Positions 13,039 through 28,444 of a stretch of DNA of 64,000 bases are shown here, piece after piece (the stretch's first letter is position 1; every line of letters starts with the position of its first letter). Location: assembly GCF_009914755.1 (NCBI RefSeq), contig NC_060927.1; one strand, 5' to 3'. Under the pieces are notes generated by a model. That model worked only from the letters and a program-made list of their open reading frames with translations. It searched no databases and was not told the DNA's origin. A program made the position numbers and the translations under genes. The DNA comes from the human T2T-CHM13v2.0 reference genome, Homo sapiens.

Positions 13039-16000
13039 TGTAAAACATCAATGCCCCAGAATTAACATCGCATTCCTTTAAAATTAAACCAGAGGGAAAA
13101 TTTTAGTTGGGTTGCGTGTGCCAAAATATTCTCAGTTAATACAGACAAAACCCACTTATAACATCTATTTAAACATGGAAAACCTAGATTTAGTTCTAAT
13201 ACAATAATAAAAGTGTTAATATGAATACCACTTACTATTTATCATTCAAAGGACATTGGGAACATTTAGGGCATGCTTTACCCTCACTCAAAAGATAAGT
13301 ATGGGTTTGCCAGTAGACAAAGAACAATTGGTTTGCTTTTATTTTTCTTAATCAATTTCTAATGCAATTATTTTAATTTTCAGAATAGAAATAGAAAGTT
13401 GAAGATGCCCATATTTTCAATTACATAACAAATACAAAATTAAGTGTGTTCTATGGGTTTAATTTGACTGGATGTAAAATTTTCCAACTGTGCTTCAATG
13501 CCACGGTTTGACTTCAATGTGTTGTTCAGGCATGAAAAAGTATGCATTACTGTCTTATAATAGCATGCTTCAATGTATTGTGAAATCTATGGTCAAAATC
13601 CAAGTGTTTCAGAAGTATTTAGAGGCAAAAGGAATGTACCAATGGGCATTTCACTTCCACTGAATCTAGTGAAATTTAATTTTGTGAAATGCTCAAAGAC
13701 AGTTTAAGGATTTAAAAATGATTTTCCCAATATATTTGTCATATTTTTGACAAATAGTTGGGCTACAATTAAGAGCCAGGGACCAAGTCTCTCAGCACAG
13801 GAGCACAACAATAACAGGTACAATATTAACACTTTAGGATTGTACCAAGGATATAACACCACCTCTTTCATTCAACAAATATTTATTGACCCTTTACTGT
13901 GCCCACTCTCAGACTGAAAACTGCTAAAAGGTTAAAGAAGCTATTACAGGTATGCGTTTCCACCACAAGCAAAAAAACAAACAAAAACCCACTCGTGAAC
14001 TTTAAAACATGTTTGTGAGGTGTTCAGGTAGAGATTTAGCATCTATTTTTACTCTAAAAGAAAGAAAGAGAAGGGAGAAGGGAGAGAAGGGGAGGTAAAA
14101 AGAATGGAGGATCTGCAAGGTAGTGTTTAAAAGCCAAAGACCCAAGTGCTTTTAATATGCAAATACAAAAATGCCCCGTAAGTTCTAAAATAAATGGAAA
14201 TCCATTCAAAATAAATAGAATCTAACTTTACTCTTCCCTCAAATACAGAAGAAATACTCTACATAGCCACACTGTCCTGCTGTTGGCTTCGAATTCCTGC
14301 TCAAACTATAGCTACAGACTATAGTTTAGAAGCAGAAAATAGAAGCCGCAATGACAAGCACAGGAGAGCCTATGGAGAAGCTCACAGGCTTCTTCTGCTA
14401 GAAGGGGATCGCGTTTACCACTATCAAACTCGCTAAACACCCTGTCTTATTCTCTTGCTTAATTTCCATAATTGTATTGAACAAGTATGTGAACAGGAAA
14501 TAATGATCTAATCGTTATATCTGTTTGAGATCAGCATGTACTCTGTGAGCTGGAAGGCTGAATATAAATGACTCTTTGGAAATGTTGCACTTAACTAAAC
14601 AGTAAACAAATTCACCAGTATCAGCAGAAACAGACAATTGTCTTTAGGATAAAAAACAAAATCCTTTCCATTTAATGGCTGCTTAAATGGAGATATTCTG
14701 AAAAAAAGCTTTGAGAAGTTGGGAATGCTTTAAAATAGTTAACCTAATCCCATTTTAAATTAACAAAAATGATTACATTATACTAATGTCTACACTATAA
14801 TACAAAATGGGAGATGGGGGAAGGAAGGGCAGTTCATATGTTAAGTTGCCCAAAGGCAGACAATGTATTAAGAAAGCATTCCCAACAGAGGTCAGGCAAG
14901 GGTGCTAACACAAAAGCTCTCTAGAGGGTAGCTTTGGTCTAAGCCCATGGAGGAATGCTGCAGTGTAGATTAGTCCTCAGAGTTGTCTAAACTGAGAGAA
15001 GTGAGAGCCTGGCTCTCATATTCCTGTAGCCTTCAGTCATAACTCCCCAGGCACTCCTCTCTTGTGGTAGTGACTCCAAGTCACTTAGAGGCAGTCCTCT
15101 CAAAAAGACATACAGAATCTAGCTGTTAAAGCAGAACATTGAAGCCAATACGAGGACACACAGTCCCAAGGAATGGGAGAGGCTCTGGGCAGAGTGCCCA
15201 CATATATCCACTAAAATCAACGACTCCATGTGGAAGAGCTGTGGGTAATGAAGGTAAAGGATCTTTGCTATGGATACAAACTAAGCAGCGCCTGCTGCAT
15301 TAGCTTCCAACTACTGAGTTGAATTTCCCTCTTTCTTTGCTTGACCTCGCCAGATGTTGTTATGATCTCATGTCCTAGCAGCTCAGTCCTTGGTCCTCCT
15401 CCCTTCTCTATCTGCCCCCTCTCCCAAGGATCTCTTGCAGTCCCATGGTTTTACATACCATCAGCAATTATAAATTTATATGTTCAGCCCTAACCCCATT
15501 CTGACCTCCTAAATTCACAAAGTCACTATATGGATGCCTAATGAGCATCCCAAATTTAACATACCCTAAACAGAACTCTTGACCCCCACCCCCTAGTAAC
15601 AAATGCCCCTAGTGCTCCTCATCTTGGTAACTGGTACCACAATGGCTCTCTAGACAAAAGTTCAGGGGACATTCTTGGCTCCTCTCTTTCCTCTACCTCC
15701 CATATTCAAGCCACCAGCAAAACTAGTTAGCTTTCCCTTCTTTCCACTCCTACTATCACCCTACTCCAAGCCACCATCTTCTCTGCCTGGATGACTGCCA
15801 CAACCCCCTCAAAAGTCTCTCTGCTTCCACTCTTGCTCCTCTACATCCTCAGGAACCCCAGGGAATGCTTTAAAATGTAAATCAGATCATACCACTCTGT
15901 GGCTTACAACCTTCCTGTGGCCTTCTATTGGACTTGGCTTCCAACCATGACTTTCACTGCTCTGAGCTTGCCTCCTCCCCTCTCCCTCTTGCTTCCTCCA

Positions 16001-16053
16001 CTTCAGCCATGTTGGCTTTCTAGAGAGAAACATGAACCCACGAACATGCCAAA

Positions 16054-16738
16054 TGCTATGGTTTGAATGTCTATCCTCTCCAAAATTCATGTTGAAATTT
16101 AATTGCCACTAAAACAGTATTAAAAGGTAGGACCTTTGAGAGATAATTGAGCCAAGAGTCTGTCCTCATGAGTGGGTTTAGTGCATTTTACAAAAGGCTT
16201 TCAGGAATGAGTTCTCTCTCTTTGCTCTTCTGCCATGTAAGAAAAAGTGTGACTCCCAGAGAAAACAGCATTCAAGCCTCCATCTTGGAAGCAGGGACTG
16301 GGCACTTACCAGACACCAAGCCTACTAGCACCTTGATCTTGGACTTCCCAGCCTCCAGAACTGTTCTTTATAAATTACCTAGTCTGCCAGGCATGAAGGC
16401 TCATACCTGTATTCCTAACACCTTCAGAGGCTGAAGTGGGAGGATCACTTGAAGGTCAAGAGTTTGAAACCACCCTGGGCAACATACCAAGACTCCATCT
16501 CTACAAAAAATTTAAAAATAAGCCAAGTGTGGTGGTGTGTACCTGTAGTGCAAGCTTCAAGAAGCTGAGGCAAGAGGATTGCTTGAGCCCAGGAGGTTGA
16601 GGCTGCAGTGAGCCCTCATGGTGTTACTGCGTTCCAGCCTGAGCAACGGCACAAGATCCTGTCTCTTAAAAATAAACTAATAAATAAATACCCCAGTCTG
16701 TAGTATTCTATCATAGCAGCACAAAACAGACTAAGACC
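16054..16738 (+). mobile_element. MaLR solo LTR (MST family), containing an Alu
   Basis: TGCTATGGTTTGAATG...CCAAAATTCATGTTGAAA start; AGCAGCACAAAACAGACTAAGAC end. Confidence 0.85.
16386..16690 (+). mobile_element. AluJ
   Basis: AluJ-type GAGGATTGCTTGAGCCCAGGAGGTTGAGGCTG; degenerate TSD AAATTACCTAGTCT/AAATACCCCAGTCT. Confidence 0.9.
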
Positions 16739-19077
16739 ATTTGTGCCCATGAACATGCCAACTATATTCTTGCCTTAAGCACTTTCTGCCTGCTTGCTGT
16801 TCTTTTCCCATAATCTCACACTGGCTTCTCCATATCCTTTGGGTTTCAGGTCAGATGTGCTCTCCTAAGTGGGGTCTCCTCTGATGAGTATCTGTGACAT
16901 ATTCACCCCCACACACTCATACTTACCACAGCACTCTGTTTTCTTTCCTTCTGGAGTTCATCAACATCGGAAATCCTCTTGTCCATTTATTGACTTCTTT
17001 GAACTAGCTTATAAGCCTCCTAGGGCAGGGACTGTGTCTGTTTCATCCACAAATATGTCCCTGACACATAGAACAGCACATAGTGCATGACACAGTGTAA
17101 GCATGGCATAAGCCCTCAAAAAATATGTATCACAATCTGTAAGGAGTGACTTATTTTGTCAGTTATTTGCTTTTAACAGTTATTTTAAGGCTTAGAACCT
17201 CCTCTGACATCCCAAGTCTGGTGCTCCTTCTCGATGCCCACAGAGCAGCCTATACTCCCCACATATTGTTATTATGTGGTAATCAGGAAAATCCAATATC
17301 AAATGTATGGGTTTGCTCTGGGAGGTTTTGATGTTGCAATTGCCTTATTACCACAGAAGGCCAGGAACTGGGCTTCCACTATTCACCAGAGAATGGTGAG
17401 TTGTAGGCAAATAATAAATATTTATTGAATGCAATGCCTAATAAATGGATGAACGGATAAAAGGATTATTTTAAAAAAAACCTGTGTTATTACTTTTTTA
17501 GGTCAACAAATCGCTCATAAAACTCTTTTATAAATAAAATCAGTTGATGAGCATTTGTGATGTTGTAATAATCCTGAGCACATTCAGGAATTATTCAGTC
17601 ATTGGGGGAAACTTAGAGTTCTATATAAGAAAATACTCATCGCTGTGCTTCTGAAACTATCTGTAATAAAGAACTCTTTAATTTCCAATCTTTTATGGAC
17701 TGATACTTTTGGTTCAAATCCTGTTCAGTGAGACAATGCCACTGGTGATGTGCCTAAGATGTCATGGCAATGCTGAAGTGCTGTAAATATTTCTAAACTC
17801 TTATTCTCAATTTCTGTCTTTATCTGCTCATGGACCAGTGACACACCAGTCTGAATATCACCTGAATACCACTGGTCTGGATTATTAAAGTCTATCTTTT
17901 TAAGTAACAAAACTGTTTTCACAGCAACCCTAGATGAATCTCTAATTGAGAACCACAGCCCTAAGTACAGAGTCTGAGGGGACTAACCCAGAAATTGACA
18001 ACTCCATGACAACCAGGAGAGGGCGAGAGTGAGGCTGGGAAAGGAGAACTGTGGCCAAGCAGTTAAAGCTCAAGGTGGACTCTCCATTTAAACCAAAGCA
18101 ATCTTACTTCTCTGGGGTTCTGCATACAGTCTCATTAGAGAAAAGGATTCTATTGCTAAAATAAAAATAGAAAACCACTGATTCTCTAACACTTATTCTA
18201 CCAATGAGATTAGGCCAAAAACTTTGGCTTTTTACAAAAACTTTTGGCCTTATCTGTAAAATAAGTGTTAAGAGAATTTGCTACACAAACACTTGTACCT
18301 ATATGGGTTTTTCTTCCATTCTAATGAGAAGGTGGAAATTAAGTTTGTTATTTTGTTATATAGGGAGTAGTCACAGTAGTGAAAGATTATATATAAAAAC
18401 CAAAGGCATGCTACTTTAAAAACAGAAACTTTTGGTGTCTTTGCTTTTTTTGTACACCTCAGTCATGGGACCTGAATACCATCTCAGATGGGAGAGAAGA
18501 GACTTTTCCAAACCTCAGGGTTTGGTGCGTACAGCCCTAGACAAGTACAGCTATAATCACAGTTATGATTCATTGTTGAATTTTTAAATCCATTTTTTAA
18601 AAGAAACTCTCAGAAGTAATTTCTATCCTCTATTGTTTGAAATTTGGGTTAATGCTAAAGAAGTCCCTAGAGAGGCCCCTCATTTGCTCGTGATGTCTTG
18701 GTAATTGCTGAGTAAACACATGTGACAGAGAAAGAAACACATGCCATGGCAAAATTACCTGAGTGTAATTAATCTAAATTGTGCAATATTAACCTACTAA
18801 CTAAATAACATAGGGAGTATTTGTGATATGGTTTTCAGATCTCTACCCAGAAACCCGTTTTTATTCCATGGTTGCCTTAGCTACTCAAAAGATCCTCAGG
18901 TGGCCTCATATTTACTAAATATAAAACAGAGTCATTTGAATCATTATGGTAAATCGCCCACAAATCCACAAATATCTTTTTTTTCCTACTAATCACTCAG
19001 GTTGCATCTTTGTAAATACTCCATTTTATTTACTACATTTACTAATGGTTAAAAACGGTACTTATAAAGTAATAACA

Positions 19078-19393
<316 letters not shown>

Positions 19394-22300
19394 TAAAGTA
19401 ATAACAGTGAAAATACATCAGATTAAAGTTAATTACCATTTTGGCTATGTCAGGTTTATTATTTTGAAAAAAGCACTAAAATAAACTGCAATGAACCCTA
19501 CCACAAAAGGAAGTTAGAACTTCCTGTACTGACAAGAAGTCTCTGTTTCTTCTGATGAATAATGATTAACCTTTCATTTTAGATGACAAGTTACAGTTCT
19601 GTCTGTTTTCAAAGGGACATATTAAAAGAATTTAGAGAACTTTCAGCCCCATAACTAACTAGAAGTACAAAATGGAAAACCATTTCTCTAATTCCTTTAC
19701 TGTAGATATTTTTCTAAAAATTCCTCTAATAGTGATTCTTTGAGAAAAGTAGTTAAAATAAGATAAAAAGTCACATAGAGCAGCCAGAGATAAGACAAAC
19801 ATGTTAAAATGCACTGGTTAAATGTTTAGTTCTCAGTTTTGATGACTGTAACATGGTGATGACAAATGTCAACATTAAGGGAAGCTGAGTGAAGGGTATA
19901 TGGGAATTCTGTACTGTTTTTGCAGTTTCTATGTTACGTCTAAAATTATTTCAAAATACACACTTAAAATGTATTCACCACTTCAGCAGTTTATGTAGTT
20001 AAAGTGCTTTGAGAATAAAGAAACAATTTTCTTTTTGCAAAGAATATTTGCACTAAATCTCACAAATATACAGTGCTTGGACTTTTCAAATTATGTATGC
20101 TTTAGAAAACTATAAATCCTCCACAGAAAATGTCAAGTTAAATTGGTCAAATTGCTGGAAAATAAACACACACACATTTTCAAAATAAGGTGAGCAAAAA
20201 GTTGAGGAAATCCTGTAAGAAACATAACTTGCTAATACCCATTACAGTTTAAAAAGGACATCTGGTTCTCTAGTCTAAACTGTTGTCTTGATTTTATCCC
20301 TTATATTACATTGTTATTGTTCTTCAATGGGAACTATATGTGGAGTTAGCGGAAAAGAGACAGCTATGACAAGAATAAACCTCAGAGAACATGCAGTATC
20401 AGGACGTCTAACACCCTCCAGGCCCAAGAACAGAATGTAAATGAATGAAGAGAGGTGTAGAGAGTGGTAGAGCTTCGGTCACACATGAGAAGGCACATTC
20501 TCCCAAGAGGGATTCAAAAGCACATAAAAAATGAAGCAAAACAAGAAAAGACACTTGCACAAAATAACAAAACAAATGTATAGGTCACCAGTTGCAGACC
20601 ATGATTCAGCTCCCTTCTACTAGAGGAGGAAATTAAGACCCAGAGAGGAAAAATGTGTCAAAGGCCACACTGCATCTTTAGGAGTGAAGGAGAACAAAGC
20701 GCACTTCACCTTCAGGATCTAAATCTTCATGGAAAACTCTAAGGCAGATGGGAAAAAGAGAACTTGTTGATATTGGCCCTTAGCCAAGGGCAGAGGGTGA
20801 TATAACAACAACTGATGTTTGCATAACTTCACCTCCTGGACCCTGGGGTGCTTGCAAACATCCATTCATTCATCCTGGTTCACTCATGTGAAATATGTAG
20901 GTGGTGTGTTTTAATCATCATAGAGTGGTAAACAAAGACACGGTTGGTACAGAATCTCCAAGGGCAGGAGTGTGTCGTCAGCTAAGGACAAGCATTATTA
21001 TCATGGCCTTGCTCCTGAGTCAGTACATTTGCCACCTTCCTTGCGCAAATAGTCAATACTTTAAGCAATTTTCTATTTTATATGTAAACAAGCACTTGGG
21101 GATAAAAAGAACCAAGAATTCTAATAGTATTCTAACCCTCTCCCACTTAATCCTCGAAATAGTTACTGACCACCTGCTATGATGATGGACACTCCTTTAA
21201 GTGCTGATTTTCATTTTCCTCTGGCTAATACTGGCCCATGTTGGTCTGAGGGCTGCTCCAAAATTAACTAGAATATGTGACAACAGATACCACTATAACC
21301 TCCCTATTTTCTGATTTATTCTCATTCCAACTTATATCTTTTATTGTAAAGGGAAATCTGCAGATATAAATGTAGGTTCTGTGGATCCCCTCCATTGTCA
21401 TTGCATAATGATATTTGTGGTATGCTATGTCTGTGCCTTGCGTAGCTGCTACAGCATCCAATTCTACTCATCATATGGTTTACAATGTGCCTGTGTTAGA
21501 GCAAATGAACCTGAGACTTACATATTAAGCAGCAATATTGAAAAGAGGAAAAAAGGTCCAGATGATGTGAAGGAAGAATTTATATTAACCCGTCAACAAA
21601 AATAACTAAAGTAGCACACTAAATTTCTCTTTTCTCATTGACCCCAAATAGAATATGAGTATATTCTATTTCCTGATTTTGTGAGAAACAGAAAGGTGAG
21701 AATTATATTTATTCATTACTCCAAGAAATATTTATTGAGTCCCTAGTATATGCCAGGCACTGAGGATACAACACTGAATAAGACATGGTTCATAATGTCT
21801 TCCAATAAAATAGTTAACCATCATTGTAATAAGTAATAAAGTAAGTACAGATTCAACCCAAACCCCTAGAACTTTCACAAGTGAAGAGAAGACTGAATCA
21901 ACAAATTGATGTTCATATGTTTGGTGGCGCTGCAAAAACTAGAAGTACTTTCTGAGCTATAAAATAAAACTGAATTTCATCTAATAACATTTTATTTCAA
22001 GTGCATTTTATTATTTACTGTGCTCTGACTGTGCACAAGACCACTGGGCACTACAAAAAAAAAATCTCTTTACAATCCAATGTGTGTGGGAAATCATAAA
22101 TATGTAGGGTAAAGCACATGAAATTGCTGATAATGTCTCTTTGTAAAAGAAGACATTTTTTAATGGTTTAGGCAAATACAATGGATTAAATAAGAACACT
22201 AGAAGTGTCAAAAAGCAGAAAAAAATGTCCAAATGAGATTATAAACTGAATGAAATCAGAGGAAAGATTATAGAAAGATTTTGTGAACTGTGAACTTGAA

Positions 22301-22722
22301 GAAGGTCCAGAAGGATGGGCAGGGGGGTGAACAACGGGCCTGGCCAGTGAACACAGGGATGCAGGCAAGATGCTGAAAGTGGCTTGAGGACACAGTGAGT
22401 AGATGAGTTGAGCTGGAGCTAAAGGATCTGGAAGAAGGCAAGTGTTGGGAAAAGGAGTAAGTGGCAGCCTTCAGTCTGCAAGCCAGCTTACGGAACTGCT
22501 AATGGCTAAGAAGTTTGGAAGCAATGCTATTCTTGGAAATGTAAAACATCTATATGCAGATCATTCAGCTTATTATCACATTCCATTAATCTTTGGCCAA
22601 CTCTTTTGGATAAAGAGGAATTGACCTGAGATAATGTTAGAGTGTCCATGGAATTCAAAGAACTGCATTAAGTAGCAGGAACACCAGAGGTAATTATATG
22701 AGGCAAGGAGAATGCAAACATA

Positions 22723-22802
22723 TTAGGTGGGCGCAAAAGTAATTGTGGTTTTTGCCATTACTTTCAATGGCAAAAACTGCAATTACTTTTGCGCCAACCT
22801 AA
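22723..22802. mobile_element. MADE1 (Hsmar1-derived MITE), full-length 80-bp palindrome
   Basis: TTAGGTGGGCGCAAAAGTAATTGTGGTTTTTGCCATT-ACTTTC-AATGGCAAAAACTGCAATTACTTTTGCGCCAACCTAA; TA on the left flank. Confidence 0.95.
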
Positions 22803-24329
22803 CACATTCATTCATCCTGTCTCAAATAGTCCCAAATAAGACAGAGTCCTTTGGCATGGACGTCAGAAAAATGACACCTTCCTCTTCCTCACCCCCGTAT
22901 CTGATATTTGGCTACTAAGTCCTATTTTTCTATTAAATATGACACTTATCTGTCCACCGTCACTGCCAACGCCCTAGTCCAAACTTACATCAGTGCTCAC
23001 CTGAACTACCATTATCACTTCCTAAATGATCTCCCAACTTCCAATTTCTCCCTCTCCCCAACTACAACAAAAAAATCTATCTCCACACATCAATAAAAGC
23101 ACTCTTTTTATGGTACATATTTGACCAATTATGCCCTTATATGCTTCCCATTTCTCCTGGGATAAAAAGAAAATTTACCAAGGTCTGAGAGGTGCTGCGT
23201 GCAATTGGCGCTCCTGGCCACCCAGCCAGCTGTTACTCACACTTGGTCCTGAACTGCCACCACAGAGTTACTCCTCCTGAATATCCCCAGGCCTTTACTC
23301 CTGGACTCAAGGGCCACAGTGGTATGGAAAGGCTGGATGTCGCATCCTTCATGTCTCAACTGAAGTATCCATTCTTTGAGCTGACCTCCTAGACAGGGTC
23401 ACAACCCTGCCAAGCATTGCCTTGCAGCTTTTGACAAACAGGCTGATTCAGGTCATAATTCAATAAGTACATATTTCCATCTCCATTAGTTTACTGTAAA
23501 CTAGTCAAGCATATGGAGGACAGCTTTTTGGCTCATTCCCAGTATCTAGCACATACTTTGTAGTTTACAACAAAAGAGGGATTTAATAAATAATTGCTGA
23601 ATGAATCAATCAATGAACAAATCCCAAGTTAAATGTGATTGGGAAGCTCCAAATATAACTGGAATATCATGATGTAGATATGGAGAGTAGAGACAACGAA
23701 AAAGAACAGCAAATAAGTTTGCCCCAGCTGACCAGTATCCAGTGATTGCAGCATGTTGATTTGACAAAATCTCTCCATAAATACAAGGAAGCCACAAAGA
23801 AAAGAATATAAAGTATTACATTGATGTTAAAGATGGACTACCTCAAGTATACATGAACAGGACAATAAGGTTTCCTAAAGGAAAGATGAGTATTCACATT
23901 GTGTCAAGTGTAGCATACACATGTGTATTATATGAATGCCACTGTCTCCACTGATGCAAGTTGACAAGTCTGGGAATGTGAATTCTTCTGGTTATACCAC
24001 TGGAATATAGTCAAAAAGAATAACAGGGTTAGAGGAGACTTGGTTTCCACTTGCCCACTGAGTGACCTCAGAAATGTCACTGGAGTTCTCTGATTATTTT
24101 CTCATTGACCAAAAATTAGAAATAACAACATGCCTATGACAAGGTGGCAGTCGGGACTAAATAAAATAGTGACACCTCTTTAGAACCGTCGACAACTAGA
24201 TAAATATGTTACTGTTATGATAGCTGTTGTAAGTATTAACTTTTTTGTGTGTGTGTGGAGAGTGCGGTCTCACTATGTCGCCCAGGCTGGTAATAATATT
24301 ACTTCATTTGAAGAGTTTGTGTATTTACT

Positions 24330-24708
<379 letters not shown>

Positions 24709-24829
24709 TGACTTTGACTCATTAATGAAAAATACTAGAGATAAAATTAAAAATAGAGTTTAAATTCAATGTCACAAATGGTTTTCATTTTAATTTTTAA
24801 AAACCTATTAAGGGTTATTCTTACAAGCA

Positions 24830-25210
24830 CATTAGTATATTCATTTAATCCTCAAAACAACCCTCTGAGGTGATTAGTATTATATCTCCAACTTACAGAT
24901 GAAGAAACTGAGGCACTAAAATGTCAAGGAACTTGGCCAAGATCTCATACCTAGTAATAACAACAGTCATAATAAGAGCAAACATTTACATGGTAGTGCC
25001 AGCACTGTTCTAAGTGCTTTCTATACATTACCTAATGTAACACTCCTAATGAATCTGTAAGGTAGCTACCCTTACTGTCCCTAATTTACACATGAAGGAA
25101 ATGAGGCCCAGTGAGGTTCATTCATTTGCCAAGGTCCCACAGCTGGTAAGTGGCAGAGCAGAGATTTGAAGCCAGGCAGAACCCTTCCTGTTAATCTAAT
25201 GCAGTACTAA
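24830..25210 (-). mobile_element. Two adjacent MIR fragments
   Basis: TTACAGATGAAGAAACTGAGGC and TTTACACATGAAGGAAATGAGGCCC cores. Confidence 0.7.
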
Positions 25211-25685
25211 CTCTCATTTATTGGTGGCATTTATCCAGCTCTCTATTCACCTAAGTGAATTTTCTAGATAAATATTTACTTCTTTAATAAAGAAATATTA
25301 TTTTATTCATACTTTTCATATTAACTGTCTTTTGCAAAATATACTAACTACTGTGGAACATTTTCCTCATGGCCCAAGGTCAGTGTTATGGCTGCTGTGC
25401 TTTATCTGTCCTGCTTGTAGTTTTTACTTTAATTTTTACAGGAGGGCTTAGGTATCTTTTGTAGACATGAGCCAGTCAATTGTCATTTTGTCACTTTGAT
25501 TCTGCTGACTGCTTTGAAGCTAGAATCTGTGTCTATCATAACTATTTCTAATATAAGATTTAATAAGCTTTGAATTGATGCCAACTGTATGGACTTAAGT
25601 CCATGACTTTCATTATGACCATGGCAGATTTTAGCTGAGATGAGGGGAGTTTGACCTATAGATAAGTAATTATTTTACCAAATAA

Positions 25686-26057
<372 letters not shown>

Positions 26058-26259
26058 TAAATCATGATACATATCAGGCATATACATGAGTTTGTTTAAA
26101 GTTCACTTTCATCTAGAAGATGAAATCTTTCAAAATGTAAGACTTATTCCCAAATCCAAGCCATACACCCTGTCCACAAGCTGATGATTACTATTCCCTC
26201 ATCCTGCTTTACTTATTTCTCTCCTTGTATTGTGTTCCAAATAGAACACAATACAAATA

Positions 26260-26480
26260 AATAACATTTACATGCTCCTGAGGCATACTGACCACTGTTC
26301 TAAGAAATTTTTCCATATTAATTCATGTAATGTTCACAACCACCCCATTTTACAGATGAGGAAACTGAGGTGCAGAAAGATTAAGTTAACTTGCCAATCC
26401 CATATCTAGGATTTGGGGAGCTAGGATTACAACCCAAGCAGTCTGGCTCCAGAATCTGTGTTCTATGAACTCTGCTCTAC
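26260..26480 (-). mobile_element. MIR
   Basis: CCCCATTTTACAGATGAGGAAACTGAGG core. Confidence 0.8.
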
Positions 26481-26956
26481 TGCGCCCTGAGAACTGTCCT
26501 AAGAGAATAGTGCCTTTGTTTTGTTCACTGCTGAAGGCCCAGGTGTTCAATAAATATTTGTTGACTGTCTGGATGAACTTCCAGCTCCTCTCTGCCTATC
26601 CAAGTGCTCAACCCAGTTCACTTTGACTTCAGCCTCAAAGCTTGACTGGCTGTGACAGGCAGAGTAACATTCCAGGCCCTTCTTCCACCTCCTGAAGACT
26701 TTATTTGTTGCATTGTCTTTTGGCTCACCCTCACTGGGCATGGAGCCCCAAACCCATTAGATGGTCAATAAATACTCACTGAATGATTGAGACTCAGAGC
26801 TGTATCAGAGCTGTCGCCAAACACAAAAGTTTGTGATCAAGTACTATAACAACAGGATGGTGTCCTAGAAATTGCACTTGACTGAATCAAAAGATTGATT
26901 TTTACCTTTTGTAAACTCACCATGACAATTTCACAGCTCTAGACTTCAGTGTGTTC

Positions 26957-27352
<396 letters not shown>

Positions 27353-28159
27353 TGAGCTAGGTGCTATTATACCCCCATTGTGCAGATAAAGAATCTGACT
27401 AGAGGCTAAGTAATTTGTTATGTGTTACACAATTAAAATGCTAGAGCTAGGATTCAAACCCATGTATGCATGACTCCAAAGCTTAGCTCTTGCACACCAT
27501 GCTGTACTGTCTCTCTCTTTACCATTTTAAGCTTATGTCATATAATAACAGCTACCGTGATAATGATTATGGCTTGAACTATAAACTGTGAATTGAAGTA
27601 GTTTCCAATTACTAAGGGTCTTGAAATTAAAGTAAAACCTGTACCTTTTATAACATTTTTTCAATATTTACCTTTTATAAGCAAAAGCTTCATTGGCCAT
27701 TTCTGACTTTTCTGGAAGAAATAAAGATACCATGGCAAACAGTAACTTCTCATTTTAGAGATTCAGTCAGTTAACAAGTATTTGTTGAACACCTGTTACG
27801 ATGTCTTGCACTGGGCTAAATGCTGGATATATATAACAATAGTGACTGAGACAAAGATGGTCTCTGCCGTCACAGAGGCAGTCCAGAGAAAGAAACAGTA
27901 ATCAAGCAACATACAGAAAATGATTGGGGAGTGAGAGCAGGAGTGTGGGGGTGCAAAAAGGAAAGTCCATTCCAGGCAGTGTGAGCAACAGGTGAGATAA
28001 TTACACACAGGAGAGAATGTGACATATTCTGGGAACAATCAAGATGGAACTGCTGATAGAAGGCCTAACTAAAGATTGGATTAGGGTAATGGGGAATCAT
28101 TGCAGGACTTTAAGTAGGGAAGGGAAATGCCCTTATGTGCGTTTTAAAAAGATCAGTTT

Positions 28160-28444
<285 letters not shown>

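Larger units (their letters stand above)
15390..17120 (+). mobile_element. L2 remnant interrupted by an MST LTR
   Basis: L2-like CCAAGCCACCATC...CCTGGATGACTGC and AAATCAGATCAT; L2 3'-end-like sequence resumes after 16740. Confidence 0.65.

Noticed and set aside
14860-15210. Possible old ERVL/MaLR LTR remnant, and a hAT-like relic at ~17640-17880
   Set aside because: They look repeat-derived, but I cannot assign family or boundaries reliably.
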